From Octopus vulgaris (taxonomy: Eukaryota), in contig OX597815.1 of assembly GCA_951406725.2 (NCBI GenBank), positions 139,810,001-139,874,000 on the forward strand: 64,000 bases of DNA, written 5' to 3'. Position 1 is the first letter of the stretch; each line of letters starts with the position of its first letter. Shown here in pieces: positions 1-15,000 of this stretch. Below the pieces are notes generated by a model that ran no database searches, had not been told where the DNA came from, and was given only the letters and a program-made list of their open reading frames with translations. Both the position numbers and the translations under genes were made by a program.

Positions 1-303
1 GTAAACCTAGCACTTCTTTCATTGTTGTTTTTTTTTTTGCCAAACCGCTAAATTACAAGGATTTAAACATACCAACATCGCTTGTCAAACAATAGTGGGG
101 GGACAAACACAGACACAAATATATAAATACATACACACACACATATATACACACAAACAGGCTTCTTTCAGTTTCTATCTACCAAATCCACTCACAAGGC
201 TTTGGTCAGACCGAGGCTATATAAGACACTCGCCTAAGGTGTCATGCAATGGGACTGAACCTGGAACTATGTGGTTGGGAAGCAAGCTTCTTACCACACA
301 GTC
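1..303 (-). mobile_element. tRNA-derived SINE, family A
   Basis: Reverse complement of the full copies at 28773-29165 and 61828-62265 (ctgtgtggtaagaagcttgcttcccaaccac...ggttcagtccca...ccttgtgagtggatttggtag). Confidence 0.8.
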
Positions 304-310
304 ATACACA

Positions 311-360
<50 letters not shown>

Positions 361-987
361 CAAATAATGTCTGTACTGGCATAGGCTGGACTGTTCAGCC
401 AATAAACAATAGGACTGCATAGAACTATCTCCTTTGGCATGGTTTTTAAAGCAGGAGCCCTTGCTAATGCTGACCACTTCACAGAGTATAGTGAGTGCTT
501 TTTTAGTGACACCAGCATAAGTGAGGTTATCAAGCCCATGCAAAGCAAGACCTGTCAACTGAGTTCTGTATTGAAGGGAAATACATAGGCAAAGGAATTG
601 AGTCTCACTGAAGTGGAGATACATGGCTTCCCCATCTGGAAAGAGGGAGATGGAGAGCCACAGTCTGAAGATACAGAGTGAATATCAGAAAGAATGAAGA
701 TAGAGGTACAAAAGTGTGTGTGTGTATAGTATAAACATACTTATACATATACACATATTTATATATATATATATGCACAAACATTTTCACACACAGAAAC
801 ACAAAAACATGGATATATTCATGTGTGTGTATGTATAAATGTATTCATACAATTTTCTGAACATTTTAACAAGGAAAAGATTGACAATGTTTGGCTGTGT
901 GATGTCTTTTGTCAGATATGTGATGATACTGACATGGAGAACTTCTCATTTACTGTCAATACACTTGTTGTATAGCGTATCTGATAC

Positions 988-1023
<36 letters not shown>

Positions 1024-1343
1024 TGCAAGCACAATATATAATATATAGTACACACATACAATATAATATATATATCATCATCAGTTAACATCCGTTTTCT
1101 GTGTTGGCTAGGGTAGAGTAATTTATCAGTTAATGTTTCATTATACATACCTACAGATAATTGCACACACACACACACATTTTATCATACAAACACACAC
1201 AATCTCTCTAGAGAAATATATAAATTGAAAAGGAAAAAAAAACACGTGTATGTAGAAATTTGTGTTAACTCAGTTTGTTTCTTTCAAAGTTTATCATGTT
1301 ACATTTACAATTAGATAGAATCTTATTTATTAATAAATAAGGC

Positions 1344-1400
<57 letters not shown>

Positions 1401-1736
1401 TATTACATGGTAGATTTGTGTATAGCAACATTACGTCATACAGTGATGAAGGCACAGAGGAGTACAGAAGGCAGAAAAAAAGGCACCTCATATACCAGTT
1501 ATGGTTGATAAGGAAGTGAAGGATGCATAGCAACTAGCATAACTGATGGTGTTTGTGGTGATGGTGCAACAGTGGACCATATCTCTCTGTCCTTGCTAAC
1601 AGTACATGTTTATGACAAAAGAAAACATGTACTTTGATATAGTTCTTGTTCAAATACACATCAAACTAATGTGGAGATATCATGGAAAGCAAATGAATTC
1701 TAAGTATTATAAGCCTGTATATATCAATTAAATGGT

Positions 1737-1776
<40 letters not shown>

Positions 1777-1877
1777 ATTTTTAAATTATCAAAGCGAGAA
1801 AGAGAGTCTATTTATTCTCAATTCTATCCAGTGTCTACTACACATGCATAATATCGTCAAGTAGCGTATCACCATAC

Positions 1878-1968
1878 CTCGATGATGTCTGGGATTACAT
1901 TAGAAAATAGATTCAACACACACACGCATGCAGCCTATGCCAATATGTTTTCACACCCGTTTTGAAAA
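1878..1968 (-). other. Possible further non-coding exon, or 3' end of an alternative first exon
   Basis: Long polypyrimidine tract ending tctttag| and donor GAG|GTATGG; all three frames contain stops. Confidence 0.3.
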
Positions 1969-3812
1969 CTAAAGACAAGAAACAAAAAAAACAAAACCAA
2001 AAAAAGGCTAATCTTGTCTCTGCTTCCTGAAATTGTAGTAGCAGTTGAAGAGGAAGGAATAAAACAAGGAACTACTGCCTCCCCCTCCACCAACACACAC
2101 TTGTCTACATGCGTGTGTGTGTAAGAGAGAGAAAGAGAGTATGCAGCATAAATCTAACTCAGATACAGTAGAAGCAGCCATTAAATCACCAATTGAAGGT
2201 AAAAAAGCAGAGTGGTGAGGGTATATTTTTAACGTAGTTCCACACTTGACTAAGTCAGCAACAAATACCACACAGTAAAATAATTGCTGTTGCTGCTGCT
2301 GCTGCTTACTACTACTACTAGTGCTGCTGCTGTGCATAGAAATGAATAATGTGTACATGTCTCTGTATGTGCACACCGAATATTACCCTTTTGCTTTTTT
2401 CCCCCTCAATTCAGAAGATAATTCTAAGACACCTCCCACCCGCCCATTCTATGTTGCTGCAGAGGAAGTGATGGAAGTCAATACAATCTATCAACTACTT
2501 TGTTTCACAGAAAATACTATTGTTTCATTGATTTGTTCTTCTTTCCAGTAAAATAATTAACTTGTCTTATTCTGAAGAATCTTTTTAAATACTGTTTTAT
2601 TACTTGTCACAACAGGCCATTCATTGGAATACTAGCATCTCAATAACAAACACACATTTAAAGTGACGCCTTCACTTTAATTCAGTACTTCACACTCCAC
2701 AATAACCAAAAAGCAGAAATTAAAACTTTTTCTTTTTTTTTCCCCAAAATTTAAACCATGCCTCTAAATAAATAAATATATTAAAATATTCTTTTTTAAC
2801 TCTACAAAAATACTCTGAAGTGAAAAGAAAGAGTATGTATAAGAATGCATAAATGATCATCAGAATGCTCAGAAAAGTGTTATAACAGTCGTAAAAACTC
2901 TTCTTAATGACTAGTGTTTAATAATAAAGACATACAAAATGCTGGGTGGGCGGGTTTGGCTTTATCTTAGATTTCAAGCAAAAGTTAGCAATAACTGGTA
3001 ATGTAATCTCGTTTTTTACAAGTGATGAGTTGGTGCTCACAGTATGATAATATACAAATAACTAGTGCTAGGAGCAAAAACAGTGAAAACAAAATGATTT
3101 GATCATGAAAGCAACACTTGAAATATACAGAATAGCTTAACAGTAAATTTTGAATATATATATATCAGGTTTAAAAACGATTTACTAAAAATAACAAGTG
3201 ATAAAAACCAAGCTTCCACTCTGCTTACAGAGAGAAAGAGTCAGAAGAGCATGTGTGTGTGTGTTTGTTTGTTTGTTCTACGCATCAAATATCTAGTTTC
3301 TCCTGAAATAGTAAGAAATTTACTAACATGCTCTACTTAGTCATGACATGACCACCACTAATCAATGTTATTCTGATCTCAATATAAACACATTCATTAT
3401 TCCCAAAGTATATATAATGATATACTCAAGTATATTGAAAGGACCAGAAAAATCCACCTGACATTATGTGGTTAGATGAAACTACACCAGATTACACAGG
3501 GAATTACTCGTAGCTAGCCATCCTCTATTTATATAATATTTCAGGAACAACAGTTTCTTTGGTTACACATTACCTAACATGATACCAGTAGTTTAATTAC
3601 TATTTTACTGCATTTATGATGCCAAGTACAGAATGTTTGTGCAACTTGTGTAACAAATCATAAGTCATCTACCAGTTTAGTAGCTTTTCTTGCTGATATG
3701 TTTGAGTATGCATGCATATACACACACAGATACATGCAGGGCTGGGCTGTGTTGTTGATTTCACAGTCAGTCATGCATGTTGGACAAACTTCTTTCTACT
3801 AAAGCTTTAGAC

Positions 3813-3947
3813 CAGGGGTTGGCAAACCAGGGTTACCTCAGGTGGAGTAAAAATGATATTCTTGGGGGTAATGAGGACTCATTGGACATAAGTAAAATAA
3901 CATAAAAAACCATGTTCCTTGTTACAACATTTTTTTTTGCACCACTG
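3813..3947. mobile_element. Possible hAT/Charlie-type MITE remnant
   Basis: CAGGGGTTGGCAAAC terminus preceded by ctttagac (similar to the NTCTAGAN Charlie target); only a weak opposite end (accactg) and no matching TSD. Confidence 0.35.
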
Positions 3948-5231
3948 CATGTGTCCAATGAAATGGACATATAGAGTTTTATAAATCAATTCAATAAACC
4001 TTTTGAATTCAAACCATGAGAATGAAATTTGGTATATGAGAACTGTGTGGAAAACCATGGTGTGTACCAATGTACTCTGACAATGTTTAAAAAAATTGCT
4101 CTTAATATTTCATAACTCGTCAATTCAAAAAAATTAAGTACCAAAATTTCAAAGTCATACTGAGAGCCGCCTGATCAACTAAATCATTCAAAAAGTGTCC
4201 CAAGATTCCACCCTTCTTCCTGCCAAATTGCATTTGCAGGGAACTGGTCAATTGCTCAAAGTGCTGTGTAGTGGGACTGAACTAAAAATCATACTTGCAA
4301 AAGAAGCAGTATTCTCAACCACACACCTATACCTGTGCAATTATTCTCTTTCTCACTTAAAATAAATGACAAATTCTTTTGGGCATTCATTTAATTCTTG
4401 TTAACACCTGAGGGAAGTGTTGCAGTTAATAGGAGCAGAAAATAGTAGGTACAAAAATAACTATTTTACACTTAAAGACCAAAAGAAAAAAAAAAGAAAT
4501 CAAAAACAGTACCAAAAAGAATCTTTCATCTGATTAATAATGATACTTATGCTTCGATCTTTACCTCAATGCAGTGATTCAACATGCAAGAAATAACAAC
4601 CAAATTCCCCTGAAGCCACACCTTACTAACTTAGAAAAAGATAAAATCTTTACTACATTATACGAGATGGTCGTGGAAAGAAGTCTAAATATACATAGCC
4701 TATCGCTTTCTTACTCCCTTGCCACAACTAAGGAATAAGATTTGAAGATAGAAGAAAAAATAGAAATCAATAGCTGTGGTTTCTTTGATTTATTGCCAGT
4801 TAGTTTTGGAACAGCTGTGCTGCCAACATTGGATAATCTGTTGCAAGGAACACTAATGAATTGGCAGCAGGTTTAACAAACACTTAGCTCAATCAAAAGA
4901 AATTAATACAATTTGTCCCAGAAAAAGGAAGAGAATAAGGATAATGCCACCAATAGCTAATCTTTCAAAAATACTCTGAATGAAAAACAAAAAAAGTATA
5001 TTAACAGCTGGGGTAAGATGTTTGGGAGGATTAAAAAGGTTGATGACCTTATTAGTAGCAAGTAATAACTCTACTGGAAGACAATAAGCCACATACTGAA
5101 AGACTAATGAATAAGAATGAGTGTTCATTCTGAAGAAATCCTTTCATGGATAAAAATATGAAAAAAGATGAAAAATTTAAATAACTTAAGAAAACAGTAA
5201 ACTCGATATTTGGTCAGATAAGAAGCTCTCT

Positions 5232-5560
5232 CATCATCATCATTTAGCATCCATTTTCCATGCTGGCATGAGCTAGATGGTTTGACTAGAACTGGTGAGT
5301 TGGAAGGCTGCACCAGGTTCGTCTGTTTTGGCGTGGTTTCCACGGCTGGATGCTCTTCCAAACATCAACCACTCTACAGAGTTTACCAGGTGCCTTTTAC
5401 ATGTTACCAGCAATGGGCACCTTTAATGTGTCACCGGCACAGATGCCCCCTAACATGTCACTAGCACTGACAACAACTATGATTTCACTAAGCTTGAGGT
5501 GTCTCCTCAAGGACAGTAAATCGCTAACAGTCTTGGTCATTTGTCATCATCTCCATGATA
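5232..5560 (-). mobile_element. Degenerate RTE 3' end (GAT tail) fragment
   Basis: (CAT)n followed by ttttccatgctggcatg...ggctgcaccagg...ggctggatgc, matching the 3' end of the LINE at 40783-44449. Confidence 0.75.
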
Positions 5561-8500
5561 CTGAAATAATTTAAATTTTTATAATTGAAATCAGAGTAAA
5601 ATGTCACATTAAGTAATTTAATGTCGAAATACAACCATTAAATGTAACTATTAGGAAAATATTTTCACTTGTTTGACTCTCCGAAAACAACCAGCATAAC
5701 CAGAGCAGAAACTTTTCCTATGTTAACAACTAGAAGCATTAAAATAAACTAATGTTCATGCCATCATGTTTATTCAGTGTCTGATTTGGTTTTGAACTCA
5801 TTTCATTTATAGGTCACAGAGAAGCGAGATTAACAAATATTTGGTAAAATGTCTCCCTTTTGTAACAGAAAACAGATAAAATATCTGGGTGCAACAACAG
5901 AACCATGAAAACAAATGCAAAAAGAAATACATTGAGGTTCACAGGAAGCTGTGAATGTTGCAGAATTACTACACACTGTCAAAATATTGCTATAGTAGTA
6001 GCACCTTATATTTTACAACATTTTAAAATTGGAAATGGTTGACAAGAAGCTAATTTCATGCTTAGTCATAGAACAGTATAGCTCATATCATAGTAGAGCA
6101 CTTAATTGTTTAAAATGTTCCCCTTGTATGAATTAAACAGCTTTCTCTGGTATTTCTCATAGTTTCCAAACTGTCTGAGCCAGGAAACCATTAAATAATA
6201 CTTCATCCTTTGCGTTCTTTCTCTGATCTGATAACTTTCAACAAGTTGACATTTATTCACCTACTTCTATCATTAATTCTCACTTTCATGCTTATATTAT
6301 TTTAAGTAATTCTTGCTTGACACAAATACAATAGCAAGGATAGGAAAAGCTTATGTGAAAAAGAAAGAGGAGGTTGTAAGTTTCATCCAGAGCACATATT
6401 TAGAAATCAGTAACCAAAATATTTAAATACCATTTAAATGATGATGATGATGACCATTTCATAGTTCATACATCCAGAAGACACAAAACAAGTTTTCACA
6501 AAATTATATTCTAACCTAAACATTTTCATCCCAAAACCTTATGCAACAAAATCTGTCAACTCATTTGCAGCCAAAGTTGACTTCTAATTAAATGCAAGAG
6601 TAAACCTCATTTGCATTCTCTATCTCTGGAGATGTAATTACAAGGACAACAAGGATTACTTTAGGCAGAGGGTTAATGCAATGAATTTTCTGACCCTTGG
6701 AATTGTTCAAACTTTTAGTTTGTTTATTTTATAAGCTTCACTAGAAAGCCTAAATTAAATGCCCTTATAACAAAATATGAAGGATTAACCTGCTGTTTTT
6801 GTATAAAAACTGAATTCTTCTTTCATTACACAAACACTTTCCAACAGAGAAGTCGACATGAAAACTTTTCTGCACAAATACTTATGAAATGCATTAGTCC
6901 TCAATAAAGTAAATCAATAAATGGTAATTTATTTTTAGCAAGGAGTTTTAAAGTCAGCAATCTAGAAGAACTAGATGATGAAATGAGATCAATGACTCAA
7001 GTAACTGTGGCAATGTATTACAGTTAAGGCTACCACTTATCAATTTTTAATCAAAGAGTAGTTGAATAATATCGGGATTCCGATTTTAAATAAAGACTGC
7101 AAGAAAGGAAGGAACCAGCCATTGTGCAAATGTTGACTGATGGCCAACAAAGTTAGAGAAAACTGCAACATACTGATTAAAGGAAGTTTACTTAAAGGAA
7201 CCACAATTGATAATGTGTAAGTAATTGGTTAAATATTCCATGTTTGCATACAAGGAATGTAACAATTTCTTTTTTGCTGATAATCTGATCATTTATCACC
7301 AAAACATATATAATCTTATACAACATACAAAATGTTCATGAATATTAATAAAAGGAAATAAAATCTAAGCCAGAAGATAAACACATTTATTTAACAAAAA
7401 TCATAGTTCTAGAGATTTAAAGGTTTGCAAGTTCTTGATCTAACAATCTGTGAAGACAAAAACTTGTGGATGAAATAGTATTTTCCTTATTTTAACAAAC
7501 AAAATTTAATTAATTTATTATGGTATACAAAGACAATACATTTTTTGTACAGAAACCTATTTTAAAACATACCATGCTAGCAAAAATTCTAAGATTCAGA
7601 TAACAGCATAACTGATAGCTACAGTATTTTATGTATGGTTGCTCTTCCACAATGGTAATCACTCAAATGTGAAATTCAAGCGATACTACTCCCCACATCC
7701 CAATAAAAAAAAAATTTAAGAAACAAAAATATCTTAACACAATAAAGTGCAACTTAAAGTAATCAGAATCACTTGCTTCCTGAAACAGAACCATATCAAA
7801 CATACCAAAGGGAAAAATTACCAACAAAAAGAACAATTTTCTAACAAAAACAATAATAAAAAAAAGATCAAAGGTATCACTAAAAATGCCTCTCTCCCTT
7901 ACACATACATACATACATACATACATACACACAAATAAATTTATTAGTAGTCACATTTACAAAAATAATAATGAGCAGTTAAGATACTCATGCTTCTCCT
8001 TCATCACCAAGTGAAATATTTCTGACTAGCGAATTAAGGTGAATCATATAAACTATTGCTGTGTATAAAAATACTCTTAATAGGCTAATGGCCTGTCACT
8101 ATCAGTTTATATTATTACTATTACTACTATCAATATTCCTCCAAAACTAGCTGTTATTTGCCAATCTTAACATTTTTATTGCTTCAACTATTCATCTAAA
8201 ATCATTAAGACCATAAATTTGTTTCTGGAGTGGAAGCATTTCCAGATGAATTTGCTGCAAGATTAATTCAATGAAAGTTATATAGGAAAATTTCCCATTA
8301 AGATCAACGTTGAATATATTAGAAGCTCTATTTTAAAAACATCACAAAATTTTAAATGAATTTTCAAACTATATAAAATTTACTTAATAAGAACTCTATT
8401 TTCAAAAATATAGAACAATGTTCAGCTCTTTAGGCCATCAAAATTGCAGAGAACATTCCTAATGTTATCACTGATTAAGCAGGGAAAAATGACATTTCTA

Positions 8501-9046
8501 ATAAAGTAATTGTTGCAGGTTTTGTTTGCAAACTTTCAAATTATCAGTCACAATATTTTGAAATACCATTACTTAAAAATCGTTAAAGAAAAATTATCTG
8601 TTATACTAATTTTTGTTGTTGTCTCTGTGTCACCAACATGTGATGAGACAATCAGGCAAGTTAGAAACATGATATAATGAAATCTTTTAAGAAAAACTGA
8701 GTATGTTACAAACAACACTAACACTGCATTAAAAGCTGCACATTGACAACAAAAGACACAGTGTGAATAGATTAAACCGGCAGAGAATGTGAAGGCATGA
8801 ATAAGAGGAGAGAGAAATAAAATGAGAGGTAGGGGAATAAAGGGAGCATGAAATAGTGGTCTTCTCTACTATTCACAAGCAATCTAAACTATATGTCATC
8901 TACTTTAATCGCTAATTTGTTTAATGTCTGCAACAGCAGGAAAACACTACGTCTGATTCTTGTTACACACACACACACAGTCTAAAAATAGTCATTATTA
9001 CACTTAAAGTAAAGGAAATATCTCAGAATAAAGACTATTCGCTTAC

Positions 9047-9098
9047 CTTTCTTCTTCCAACATACTGATTACTACTTTCTTTTATCTTTGTTGTTTGT
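9047..9098 (-). other. Candidate exon 4 (52 nt) carrying tandem stops and a downstream ATG (9063)
   Basis: Acceptor ggttttgttttgcag|A and consensus donor AAG|GTAAGC; reads ACA AAC AAC AAA GAT AAA AGA AAG TAG TAA TCAGT ATG TTG GAA GAA GAA AG. Confidence 0.65.
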
Positions 9099-12000
9099 CT
9101 GCAAAACAAAACCAATAAACAGGGATTTAAATAGTTAAAACAAAAATAAATACTCTAGAATGTCATAAATATTTTTTTTAGTCTCTATCTTTTATCTGAT
9201 TGACAACTTTGTATTTAACATTCTGATTTTAATGTTGGATACTGATGTCGTTTATTTCATTTTTTTTTTGTTAATTTGTTTATCAGTTATCTATTGCGAG
9301 AGCTTTAAATTCAAACTCAACTGCTGGTAATATTCTGCTGCTCCTAAGAGGATTGCAGTATATCTGCCTGAAAATTAAGTAGCAATATTGTTTTAATGTT
9401 AAGTAGCCAACAATAAGCAGAATATGCAGTTACAAATACAACTGTTCAGAAATTCCATTCAAATGTCCACCTTGGCAGAAGAAAGCAATCTTATACAAAG
9501 TAATATTTTTTTTTAACCATAGAATGTGGGACTTCTTGATAAAATACTTCTTTTAGCTAATATTTTCTAAATTTTCATAAACAATTTGAAACTGAGTTCC
9601 AAGTACATTTCTACTAATTAAAAGATGCCAACTTAGAGACATTGGCAGAATATTTCAGGACCAAGAACACATAAAACCTGAAATGTTTATCCAACAGCAT
9701 ATAAATTACTTTGTGTCTCTATGTGGATTAGTGAATATGTTAAATTAAATGTTAACCCAGCTGTATGAATTATTTGGTTTCTATAGATGGATCAGTGAGA
9801 ATTTTGCTATAAATTTTCCCTAATTCTAGAAACAAAGTAAGATTTACAGTGTTTACAAAATAGTTATTCTATACCAACATAGAAAAGTATAGTGTTAATG
9901 ATTTTCTAGCACACACATTATAACATTTTAAATGCTATCAATTTATCGACTATTTTTTATCTGCCAGTAGAGAAACAATCATGATTGCTGCAAATTAAAA
10001 AAAAAAGCAATCATTATTATTATTATTATTATTTAGTGTCCGTTTTCAATACTAGCATGGGTAAGACAGCTTGACTAAGGCTGCATTTAAACAAAAAGAA
10101 AAAAATGAATGAGAAACCAGCGTAATATTTTATAGCGAACACATTACATTAAGTTTGTTGATACAATCCACACGTCTGGTTTCTCTCCATAGATCTGCTT
10201 TCTTATGTAGAAGAATCCCGTGTTGCAAGAATAATGCATTCCTGCAAAAGCTGCCAGAACATAAAATTTTCCCATTGATTTAACTATTGTTATAAAATGA
10301 GAATGCATTCCGGTGGATAGTTTCAGAAACAAAAAGAAGTGCAACACAACCACTTGTGCGCATGGAAATAATTAAAACATACACAGTGCAACATGTATTC
10401 ATAAAAACATTTGAAGAGAAATACATTAAGGAGTATGAACATCGTAATAGGGTAAGTTCTCACCATAAAATATGTTTACTATGGGAGGGGTGGTGGTAGA
10501 ACACTGGGAAGATGAGAAACACTATCTTCTATCTTATCATTATCAAATCTATTTGAGGGATGAAAGACTTATTTAAAATTGTTTGATGTTTATGGTGTAC
10601 CATCTCCATACAGCTCATTGAAGGAAATGAGCTCATGGTAAACTCTTGTTATGAATAGATTTCATAAGTTATTTGAAATCCCTTCTCAGATAATATGCCC
10701 CATGAAACTAGCTATCACATCTTTATCCACTGTCTAGAGCAAATAAGTTGAATTCTTGGGGATATATTACACTCCCATGTAATCAGAAAGCTCATTTAAG
10801 CTTAAGGGGACGCTTGATGCATTGTCTACAATAAGCAGTCCTTTGTTGGAAATATGTCTAACACTATTTTTCTATAGCAGCACAAAAAGTATATGCAAAC
10901 CACTCTCCAAAAAGTATCACAGTCATCCAGGTTTTCTTGTCTAAATGACAGACCAAAGGCAAATTAAATATTGTGTATCACAATAATATCACCAGCAATA
11001 TTTCCTCTAAAAACAAGTGTCACATAATTTTCCTAAGCTTCCATTTTCCTAAATTCCATTAAAAGCTTCACTTTTTTTCAGAAAAAAAATCATCATACAA
11101 ACTTCTGAATTCTAAAAATGATCATTATGTTTATTGGCACAATGCAATAAGTCTGATTCTCAATCCATACACTCAAGAGCTGTCCCATTTTAATATCACA
11201 TTTAAACCTATGAATAAATAAGGTCCAAGCAGTTAACAGTAAATTTTTGACCCATTTTATACTAATCTGCAGAGACCATCGTTGACTCTCTGATATACAC
11301 TTCCTGTTCTGAAGTGATCAAAATTAAAACCTTCCATTAAACATTCATATTAGAGCATCGAGCTCACAATCATGGGCTGTGTATTGTGCTCTTGAGCAAG
11401 ACACTTTATTTCACATTGATCCAGTTCACTCAGCTGTAGAAATGAGTTGCAATGTCACTGGTGCCAAGCTGTATCAGCATTTGCCTTTACTGTGGGTAAC
11501 ATTGATGGCATGGAGAGGGGAAGGCTGGTATGCAAGAGCAACTGCTGGCCTTCGATAAACAACCTTGCCTGGACATGTGCTTTGGAGGGGAACTTTCTAG
11601 GTGCAATCTTATGGTCATTTATAACTAAAGGGGGTCTTTACCATTTACCAGCTTAATAATGACTAAGTTATTTTATTAAATTCTTTCCAAAATTAACTGA
11701 ATGAAAAAGCAGAGTATTTCAACTAAAATATGGTAACAAAAGCATTAAAGACTTGACTAAAATTTTCCTCCTGCAATCACATTATTCCAATAGTAGATGT
11801 TGCAAGCCTTAATGTTTTGAGAATGTGGTTGGTTTTTTGTCGATTAAATTCAAACATTTTAAAAATATCAAGTGCAATATTCATAGTAATCTTTTTACAG
11901 TTTCTATTCTTGCAACAATCTTCCATTCCATTTGGTTTCTTTCCAGATGTCTTCAATTGTAGGTTAATCCAACAGTGAGGACAATCAGCAGTTATCCACA

Positions 12001-15000
12001 ACAAATATGTAGTAAAAAAAATAGCACCAAGGAAAGCGAAAGAAAAAGATAGTCTTATTCCTACGGATCTAAGAATGGAGAAAAGATAAAAGGATGAAGG
12101 AGTGAGGTGGGAAGTATTGTACGATTACAGATAGCTGAAAGGTTACCAGGTTCATGGGCACTTTGCCAGTTGCTTCTCTGACTTGAGCCATAAAAACTAC
12201 ACTACTCATTCACATACACACACATTTGTGTTGACATACAATATATGTAGTTTCAGACATTGCTGTCATACTGATATTACTATTATTGTTACTGATTGGT
12301 TATTCAAAAGTTAGTGGGTCAGTTGTGGTATCAGTTTTCATGTTGGTCATATTGTTCTTGTTAATTGTATTGTTGTTGCTGTTTAGTTTTAAGTCAATTT
12401 TCATTGACCCAAGAGCAAAGACATTTCATTCACTTTTGAAATATACCAGAGTACCAAATAATGTCATGTGACTGTTTCGTTCTTTATTTTAGGTAGAGTT
12501 ATTCATATCGTATTATTGTTGGCCATTGTTAAGTTGGTAATGGCTGTTATTGTGTTAATCATCATCATCATCATCATTGTTTAACGTCCGCTTTCCATGC
12601 TAGCATGGGTTGGATGATTCAACTGGGGTCTGGGAAGCCAGAAGGCTGCACCAGGCCCAGTCTGATCTGGCAGTGTTTCTACGGCTGGATGCCCTTCCTA
12701 ACGCCTTCCTTAATGTTGATCAGAAATTATGGAGTGGATGGCTAGATAGATAGCAGCAGACACTCACTGTGTCCCAAGAAAATACATATCAATATCCACA
12801 GTGACAAATTTCATTTTGCACTCCATAAGTATTTATGATGACACACACACAATTATATATATGTGTATATTATGGTTATAGTTTTCAAAATTCTGAACTA
12901 GTTTTATCTTAACTAAAACACCAAGGAACAAGCTTTTTGGCTAAGAAGAAAAGTTTAGTTTTTAAATTCTTAAAATTTATCCAGAGTTTCTTTTTAAGAT
13001 AAAAATTATAGACCTTATCCCAAAATTAGTGATAATACTTCATAACTTCCGTAAGTATGAAATAGTGTAACCCGAAGAAGCTGTAAAGCAAGAGATGCCT
13101 GTACTTAATGGAAAGATATGAAACCCTCACCACCAACTAATTCCTTGAAACATATTTCCAAAACAAGTCAAGACGATTAACAGTTATTCACAGAATTTCA
13201 ATTCATCACTATCAACATATTAAGGAAAAGCAATGTTTACATGACAAGTGAATGAGGCTGAAGATAGTTGCTAGTCTTTCAAATACAATCAACTAATGAT
13301 TTCAAAGTATGGTAAAAAAAATTTAAAAAAACACTGCCCAATTTCTGAACAACTTAGCAAAAATTATAAAACATCAATGAAATGGACAATAACAATTCGT
13401 AACAAAGTTTATTGTAAGAATTTCAAAATAATGATGATATTTATAATAAAGATTTCTGAAAATCAGTTGTCACTTGAAAGTATTTCCAAGTGAAGTTATG
13501 AAAACTAAATATTTACTTTAAAAATTAATAAAAGATTATTAGAATATCTGCAAAAAAACTGGCTAGGAGTGGTTTTGATTTAGAAAAAAAAAAAGGTAAT
13601 TACAATATAGCTATTAGCAACCATCAAAAATAACTTTTAACTCTTTAGCATTTAACCAGTCATATCAGACCAAAATATTCTTCCGTTTTGTTCTAACCAG
13701 CCAGATTTAGCCTTATCACACCTACCCTTCAATAAAATAGACAATCACATCAACATTTCGAAGTTACAAAATAATGCATGATTAATTAAAAACAATTTGA
13801 ATGAAAAAGTATTTGGCAGGCTAACCTGAATGCTAAAAAGTTGAACAATCTTTGTACAGGTACATATAGTAAATGTAAATTAAAAGATGAGCAATTAAAT
13901 GTTGATTTTGTGTTTGCTGTGTACATCTACTCAACACAGTTTCAATGATGTAAACATTGAAGATTCAATAACAGCTTAACCGACATTGAAAAACTAACTT
14001 CACAACCTTCTGTTAGCTGTTGCCTCACACTACGACAACGTATAAATACTGGCCTGATCTTGTTATTCGATAGAAATCTAGTCTGTAGTGTTTGGCAATT
14101 CATGTGTTAAATAGTTAATTATGTATTATTTCACAAGTTTTCAGTTATATAATTATAAACCATAAAGAATTGTGCAACTATATTAACAAGCATTTTTATC
14201 AATCAATACAGAAATAGCAAAATCTAGTGACAGAACTTAGAATTGCTGACTGAGAGAAAAGAACAAGATGTGAGTGTACTAATAGCAAATTTATTACAAT
14301 TATGTATACATGTGTGAATATATATATGTGGAGAAAATAAAGGATGCTGATGGTAACAGGATTTACTGTGATAATTCACTCTTATCACATGTACCTCCAG
14401 TGACTGGATAAGCAACAAGTACAACTCAATATGAAGTCCCATCATTGATATCTAACCAACAGACTCCTTTGATTTAATGTAATTTTTTTTTTCTTTTTTA
14501 CATGTACTTTTCTGTATTGACATGTATTAGACAGGTTTCCTAAAACTGTTTTACAACTAAATGCTTTCTTGTTGTCAACCTTTTACAACAATATGGTTCC
14601 AGGTTCAATCCCACTGGGCATCACTTTAAGCAAGTATCTTTAAAATAATTCTGATTGTTCCTCCGTGACCTAGGCTGTCCGTAACACTATCATGTGGTTA
14701 GTTGAGAGGGAGGGATGTCTTTGGATACAGACACGACACAACATAGGCTATGCATTCAAGTTTTTTGGATAAAGTTTTCAGAAACAACCCAATAAGTTTA
14801 CCATTAATTCTGTGAAATATTCACAGGTTCTGCTAGCCTTCTATTATATCAGAGAGGAATTTTCTTAGAATAGAACTGTACATAAGACCATCACACATGT
14901 GGGAAGGGCAGTTAGGCAGGTAGATGTGTCTGAGTCTATGCTTGCAGAGGTCTAAAAATTGGCACTGGCAGTGTTGTGTATCTTATGTTCTATAACATAG

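Larger units (their letters stand above)
10640..11905 (-). mobile_element. Fossil Tigger/pogo (DDE_1) DNA transposon, interrupted by nested insertions
   Basis: Minus-strand translations: psq-HTH-like [38 protein letters not shown] (~11780-11900); [22 protein letters not shown] (~10900-10965); [11 protein letters not shown]...[19 protein letters not shown] (~10700-10845). These match the Tigger motifs KKAWMT, LLLDNA and PPNTTSLLQPMDQGVI; stops present. Confidence 0.8.

Noticed and set aside
217-624. 135-aa minus-strand ORF
   Set aside because: Composed of a degenerate RTE tail, a microsatellite and a SINE head.
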